NCBI GenBank assembly: GCA_946186175.1
Contig: CAMHMG010000001.1
Span: 1-34,435, forward strand
DNA from: an uncultured Clostridia bacterium
GTDB taxonomy: Bacteria; Bacillota; Clostridia; Lachnospirales; Lachnospiraceae
Direction of reading: 5' to 3'
Length of the DNA stretch: 34,435 nucleotides
The translations under genes and the position numbers were made by a program. Positions 32,401-34,435 of this stretch are shown piece after piece. The notes beneath the pieces are model-generated. The model saw nothing but the letters and a program-made list of their open reading frames with translations. It had not been told where the DNA came from and did no database searches. The stretch's first letter is position 1; every line of letters begins with the position of its first letter.

Positions 32401-33371
32401 CAGTCAAATGCAGCACCACTCTTGACTTTGGCTGTAACCTTTGCCTCACCATTAGATACGGCTGTGATTTTTCCATTCTTATCTACCGAAACAATGTTGT
32501 CTCTCGACGAAGACCATGTCACATCCTGTGTATTACCTGTAAGTGTAAGATTAAGACTCTGTTCTACATTAAGGTAAAGTTTTGATGATGAAAGCTGAGG
32601 GTCTTCTATCTTAACATGACATTTATACTTCTTATTGCTCTCATCATAAGCATAGACGTTAGTGCTTCCTGCCGCCACACCGGTCACCACTCCTGATTCG
32701 CTGATATCAGCAACGTTAGACTTTGCCGATGTCCACTTTATCTCCTGCTTTGTATCTTTAAGTTTTATAGACGTAGTGTCACCTTTTGCAAGCACGACTT
32801 CCGAGCTGCTAAGTGAAGGTGTCTCAACAATTACAGTACATGTATAGGTCCTTCTGTTCTTTCCTTTGACCTTGATCTTAGCAGTTCCCTTACTCTTTGC
32901 TTTGACTGCAATAATATTATTTTTCTTACTCACTGCTACGATCTTTTTGTTCTTTGAGGTCACCTTTTTCACCTTTGACCCCATAAGTTTCAATGTAACA
33001 GTCTGACCATTAGTAACATAAAGTTTTTTCTTGGAAAGACCCACCTTGACTTTTACCGTGCACTTGTATTTTTTCCCTTTAGAACCGGTCACCATCACCT
33101 TGGCTGTACCGGCCTTCTTGCCCGTTACCACGCCATTCTTGTTCACAACTGCTATCTTATTGTTACTGCTTGAAACATCCTTGATCGTGTCTCCGGTAAG
33201 AGACAACTGTACCTCCTCGCCAACAAGTATAGTCGCCTTCTTCAGGTTAAGACCGGTATTTGACGCAGCACTGACACTACCCATAGGTCCTACCGAAGGA
33301 ATGACCATACTTATGATCAGGATATAACATAACAGATTCTTTAATCTCCGGATCAATCTCTTCATAACCAT
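23460..33371 (-). CDS. Giant (3303 aa) secreted multidomain surface/adhesin-like protein: signal peptide, 4 Big_2, D/K-rich linker, unknown region, S/G-rich linker, unknown beta-rich module, at least 13 Listeria-Bacteroides (Flg_new) repeats interleaved with 4 beta-sandwich modules, unknown C-terminal region
   Basis: AAGGAG precedes ATG 33371 (or 33365). The signal peptide ends ...GSVSAAS. The Big_2 pattern (V.S.N..IA.V...G.VTG...G.A.V.) occurs four times. GY.F.GW...(about 25 aa)..W occurs at least 13 times. Y.V.HY...G..G..V.P....EGF..P....V...G...V...Y.R modules occur 4 times. I saw no LPXTG motif, SLH domain, cell-wall-binding repeat or C-terminal TM helix. Confidence 0.9.
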   Translation of the reverse strand: MVMKRLIRRLKNLLCYILIISMVIPSVGPMGSVSAASNTGLNLKKATILVGEEVQLSLTGDTIKDVSSSNNKIAVVNKNGVVTGKKAGTAKVMVTGSKGKKYKCTVKVKVGLSKKKLYVTNGQTVTLKLMGSKVKKVTSKNKKIVAVSKKNNIIAVKAKSKGTAKIKVKGKNRRTYTCTVIVETPSLSSSEVVLAKGDTTSIKLKDTKQEIKWTSAKSNVADISESGVVTGVAAGSTNVYAYDESNKKYKCHVKIEDPQLSSSKLYLNVEQSLNLTLTGNTQDVTWSSSRDNIVSVDKNGKITAVSNGEAKVTAKVKSGAAFDCVINVTDKANDIRNAGDNKDSDGKDTDKKSDTDDDKKTDDNKDADTSKDDNSSKDNDSKPEEKADDKDNKADDPDKENKPGEETSEDKEQSEVKKYYVNFVTIGAGDAIDPIEVKAGTKIGELPVPVYNEDKITFVGYFYDEECTKPAADDDEINSILILYVKTEEVEHTTVDDALKITAASDVGSDFKIVVNSRNTALTSQDVYDKIKVTNISHSEGDSYQLKQNNISVEGSDGVYTVTGKHILIGQTVDGFEAGADYKLYLPEVAEGETAELTFADYPDSVREFDIGIVQKEQNNMALANDVLTVSVDKLDGLYDENGAKLSYIDGSFYTLDAAGNKTENMEYSGYFRYSGKGAEDIKVGSSIALYSGMDPAKALKDPESFDNNDNNHIAYLSITRIEGDKYYYGNAAIEDIIKTPEVLPIPADADLKNDDKDNTLEIPTSYLDWSDDIYAQAKLDSQTKLDEGDFIALYSGTYGTDNMKQAGSFAEVIDIKDGGTYTDYLGEEQPYVVITTKTATLSTIADSAETNYSRSIDIYDQLSDAEKEQIVDDIEEDARTSGFVEEAGEYLAKAALATDSFKSLEGVENIDNYKFTVLSDNLSNVKNAAGKASDFYSKYNKYSRKYEDIMETYKQFGLDDEEEGNVRIRLEDMSVDLTKAKNLPGGLGANINVVFNILVKFPPLSVGSDDDGAEGGEEGGDDSSSGSDSGSSGSSSSSSGGSSSSSGSDSGSSGSSSSSSGGSSSSSGSSSGSSGSSSSNSGDSSDSKDNSEKLEDAEKENNLKIRVSATFTQEVKLDMGFGASVEWKTIGFIPYPSDIVFKPSFTTGTYTGIKINATIATAGKNDGMGSMLGDATEMYTDISDELKSLMEEDGEEDDEESEDIANWLSLRYSQMLETEHDAISLVEQKLFEAKYDAVPGVVTLGVELRLVVTVDAVVSLGIEFYNKQCKKTVYKIHVLKGKCDCETVEIIPPELDFKFYVMGFLEIRAGFEVELYLELLEGVLGKASLTIGVGAYVEIRGFFYYHIHVLKGVKTTNSAGALYVELGIYLEVGLGASVGKNYKKIKGKIAEWGTTLYENKWPIKKFGKNEVPFNFELRQEKYEDIEMHQYVTRFTLPDEYYMVNTLALDAGDIKPVVYDNKCYKVELSNPAFAYDEESHAVYLKDGFVGMETSCDVTLKYVNGNIPLSYAKMIRKFKVTWDNYLDGYAITPFSEGGSYVAASVGKYGAEVKKPKDPTKIGYVFDGWYTKDGEKYTYPATMPAENVSIYAHWNPATDTRYTVYYYLEDNDNAGSYVCDGKKTYKGTTGETVSPEPKEYKNYVTPSKESVEILADGSAVIRYYYDLIRGTDTFKTGEHGRMADVKLVTKVGSDVHSPEIAAAGYEFVGWKNVESGQMITAEELSKGTTDAAGNKKVGVIRTITADDCKAQVYEAQWTERTDIGYRVEYYVQQPSGAYTVQAVGYGQGKSGAEVDIDTVRNAVVETTIAETNPFTGAITEEKVKGKADELFTEKAGDEEVLSYDYATVDGQPVSTDNPAKIKGDGSLVIKIRYKRKACTVSLKSSGDGDDSSLYTDYSIFYGAKMALPVPEKPGYTFIGYKDESGKQVETDADTGLSVITVTGDVTYTSMGWTAGSCTLKYDADGGVMTEPDTQTMVIGSQTKLNSAPEKNGYIFAGWKNTLNGKVYQADETVETITTVIDEVVTLKAMWELKGYSVTYDADGGTIDEGANPSNYNEFSENRVLVSPTKTGYTFDGWYDGSQKITVIPGDLRKDMELKAKWTARTDISYVVNHYKENVDGNGKTLVSQETLAGTTGDKVTPEVTTFEGFTSPEAQTVTVAGDGSTTVDYVYTRNHHTVSIDLDGGSIEDEMSKELAYGENLTEAFATPQMENYVFAGWLVDDKAATTVPDHDIVMKATWICTEQGSVTFNHYQMDMDGKYTILADSETVVGDDGEEVTAQVKEYEGFEQPEAETVILEGASAKEVRLKYKRKKYDVTWDLAEGKASGSYTEGTTYYGAAIVAPVPVKDNHTVVWDKEVPAVMGCEDLSFTAVWSPVTCKVTFDAGVGVVDDDELEKTVTYGEEYGQLPVPQVNGLSAEFTGWYDKAEEGNKVEADTVVSQGKDHILYARWKFDEMLISYEGLEGADNGSNPDKYRIGGTDEIYIYAPVKEGYTFIGWTDGSDNDPVTPYVISADSKEEITLTANWKENTYRLQLYGYSGLYFDREYKAGDNITDITLPVYTGYAITGWKNMGNNEVTENLPETMPGNNLVLQSQWEKVTYSLTVGNKQDEEVAEVTWQIGDNSIILVPPTKDRDGYDFDGWYTSDTFDEDSFIEKIEPVAHNITVYGKWTAKHYKANFYFNEGTASHSAEPYSEEMVFGESKAIKTATALGLSRNGYTFEGWALTQNATEKKFADGATIDYADSLDSLEDGIVNLYAVWKPIEYTISYISWDAGATANSSNNPTKYTINSPDKGLSSPTGIKAGCQFEGWYDEKDNKVTSLKLKGETGNKTLKAKWTSPGSFSISLVSSTSASPVADSSGKTDNNYTTFKITRTMPTGVAVADAQQRIYYRTINGTAIGGTASPINFKHVGGQNTYALFSKTECYSMENNQQQAGDKTDTNGNWSATFKVKNENVSTRYMGSESGTADGLGDYAHLYNLTGTSTRYYTAELYKIENATDSKGVTGTITTSTVDRTMTMPSAKILTEDAIYGERVKGYEADVTIDDTETTGTFSISGIIDKDILYYLKTANGSKPKFKVSIKAKKAESILGKLVKEEDTARMDKLEYKLGDTVFNYDSYKNNSGNVHIGKRKNKNTGEMEFAYYNSEQEVEWDLLLNNDTVSYAGKAHNTGALYYRLTIDKNRFAINVNDTRAPEQVGIAPMATSDYKKGDTVRFAVIYDELINSATGTSGSGDPTIDVSLDKIKTYLHVENVTYKGGVGTNVLVFEGKATEDFSNTTNSDGTGGNNAQLISVKPVQGNVKDIKGN
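30125..30330 (-). repeat. 63-bp in-frame tandem repeat (about 3 units) encoding the Ser/Gly-rich linker (SGSDSGSSGSSSSSSGGSSSS)
   Basis: The landmark actgctgccggaacttcccgaa recurs at about 30138, 30202 and 30265. It lies within the giant CDS. Confidence 0.85.
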
Positions 33372-33398
33372 TACTCTCCTTTCAACTTATTTTCGTTC

Positions 33399-34435
33399 TC
33401 AGTAAACCGTTATCTTAATCTTCTTCTTGATACCGTTTCTGGCCATTGCGTAAATGTAACATTTACCCTTCTTAACACCTTTGACCTTGCCTGACGAAGA
33501 AACAGTTGCGATCTTAGTATTAGTAGACCAATATTTCAGATATGCTTTCTTTCCGGTCTTCTTAACAGACTTTTTGTTCCTGCTTACATACACATAAGCA
33601 CCGATTATCTTTGTACTCTTGACTTTTATCTTAAGATTTTTCTTGGCTTTGACGCTTGTCGCATTATAACCGTCTTTCTTTGCGCCCGCATATCTTAATC
33701 CATAACTCTTAGCCAGAATATACTTCTTACCGTCTATAAGCTTATACGCCTTAACATATGCCTTATACACCTTGCTCTCATCACTGATATTAAAGGTGTA
33801 TGTACATCCATCGTTAACGGTTACTGCTTTACCGTATTTTGATCCGAGAATACCGGTGTAGACAAGGTATCCGTCAGCTCCATTGACCTCACCCCATTTA
33901 AATGTAAGCTCACCGTTTTCTGCGCTTAATAATAACCCTTCTCTTAATTTCAACAGAGCTTTATTCTTCTCGGCCTTTGTCGGCTCAGTAGGACTCTCAG
34001 CCTTAGTACCGTATGCAAATGTATATATAGGATTTTTGAATGAAGCAGCTACTGCGTAATTAGTGTCGCTAACGCCTTCTATTCTGGCAACATATACATC
34101 TCCGGCTGTCATGTCACTAACTGCAATCGCTTTAGTATAAGTCTTATCTGACTTACTATATACATTCATCAGAACTTCCGGTGACTCTCCCTTTAATACG
34201 CCCTCTGTAAATGCAGCTTTTGGCATGTTCGTATTCTCATCAAAAGACCATTCTACCGAATTAAGTTCGCAAGGTTTGATAATTGCCTTTAATTCGAGTT
34301 TTCTCGCACTGTCTGCGAAATAATAGTTATCAGTTATTGTTTTATTATTTCCAGACTTAAGTTTAGAAATTGTAACGATCACTTTTTTATCAGCAGCTTT
34401 TCCGTCAGCATTTGTCAAAACATCCTTTGCCGAAG
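33399..34435 (-). CDS. Secreted Big_2/FN3-like surface protein, 5'-partial (N-terminus beyond window end)
   Basis: The track start at 34418 is a TTG, and the frame stays open upstream to the window edge (..SAKDV-LTNADGK). A C-terminal Big_2-like block (YLKYWSTNTKIATVSSSGKVKGVKKGKCYIYAMA) is present, and an FN3-like LTFKWGEVNGADGYLVY. The stop lies 27 nt before the giant gene start, so co-transcription is likely. Confidence 0.8.
   Translation of the reverse strand, partial: SAKDVLTNADGKAADKKVIVTISKLKSGNNKTITDNYYFADSARKLELKAIIKPCELNSVEWSFDENTNMPKAAFTEGVLKGESPEVLMNVYSKSDKTYTKAIAVSDMTAGDVYVARIEGVSDTNYAVAASFKNPIYTFAYGTKAESPTEPTKAEKNKALLKLREGLLLSAENGELTFKWGEVNGADGYLVYTGILGSKYGKAVTVNDGCTYTFNISDESKVYKAYVKAYKLIDGKKYILAKSYGLRYAGAKKDGYNATSVKAKKNLKIKVKSTKIIGAYVYVSRNKKSVKKTGKKAYLKYWSTNTKIATVSSSGKVKGVKKGKCYIYAMARNGIKKKIKITVY

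Noticed and set aside
23454-33327. Many plus-strand ORFs inside 23460..33371 (for example 25317..25994 at 225 aa, 26538..26927, 30064..30564, 32176..32577) and minus alternative frames (30053..30355, 32123..32476)
   Set aside because: They are shadow or alternative frames of the single 3303-codon gene. They are enriched in low-complexity repeats where the coding strand is repetitive.

Overview
This AT-rich window looks like chromosome from a Clostridia-type, spore-forming Firmicute, judged by codon usage, AGGAGG-type ribosome-binding sites (RBS), a SleB-type hydrolase and a CwlD-like amidase. Most genes are on the minus strand.

(1) 1-2160: the 3'-partial gene for a secreted repeat protein. 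The ORF track misses it because it has no stop inside the window.

(2) 2356-7551: the most interesting locus. It is a tightly packed minus-strand operon. It encodes a zinc-ribbon Hanks Ser/Thr kinase, a paralogous predicted pseudokinase (HRD->HRN, degenerate G-loop), a T/S/K-rich ORF reachable through an A7 slippery run, a stand-alone FHA protein, a degenerate-receiver-LytTR-FHA triple fusion, a small zinc-ribbon protein and a second receiver-LytTR regulator. Two operator-like sites, each a pair of 9-bp direct repeats separated by 12 bp, sit in front of it. No histidine kinase or PP2C phosphatase is present.

(3) 7587-11411: housekeeping and sporulation-type genes. These are a lipoprotein, a SleB-like hydrolase, an AtpZ/AtpI-like protein, rpiB and tsaC/ywlC.

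(4) 11655-11795: the 5' fragment of an Amidase_3 (CwlD-like) gene. It stops right after its GHGG motif, at the end of an element carrying a large serine recombinase. That element also carries a small TnpW-like ORF, an NB-ARC+TPR STAND NTPase broken by one in-frame TAG, and a DUF3847 mobilisation-module gene.

(5) 16684-23227: a mosaic region. It holds a truncated GC-rich surface-protein remnant, a LytS-type histidine kinase with a REC-SARP/OmpR-type regulator, a 5'-deleted IS1634-type transposase, and an AAA-ATPase_like/PDDEXK_9 protein. Three copies of a promoter-like module (9-mer direct repeat with 11-bp period, then a -10 box exactly 9 nt downstream) punctuate this region.

(6) 23460-33371: a 3303-aa secreted protein with Big_2 and Listeria-Bacteroides repeats and no recognisable anchor. 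A 5'-partial Big_2 protein gene precedes it.

I saw no rRNA, tRNA or CRISPR array. All family assignments come from reading motifs by eye and need profile searches to confirm.
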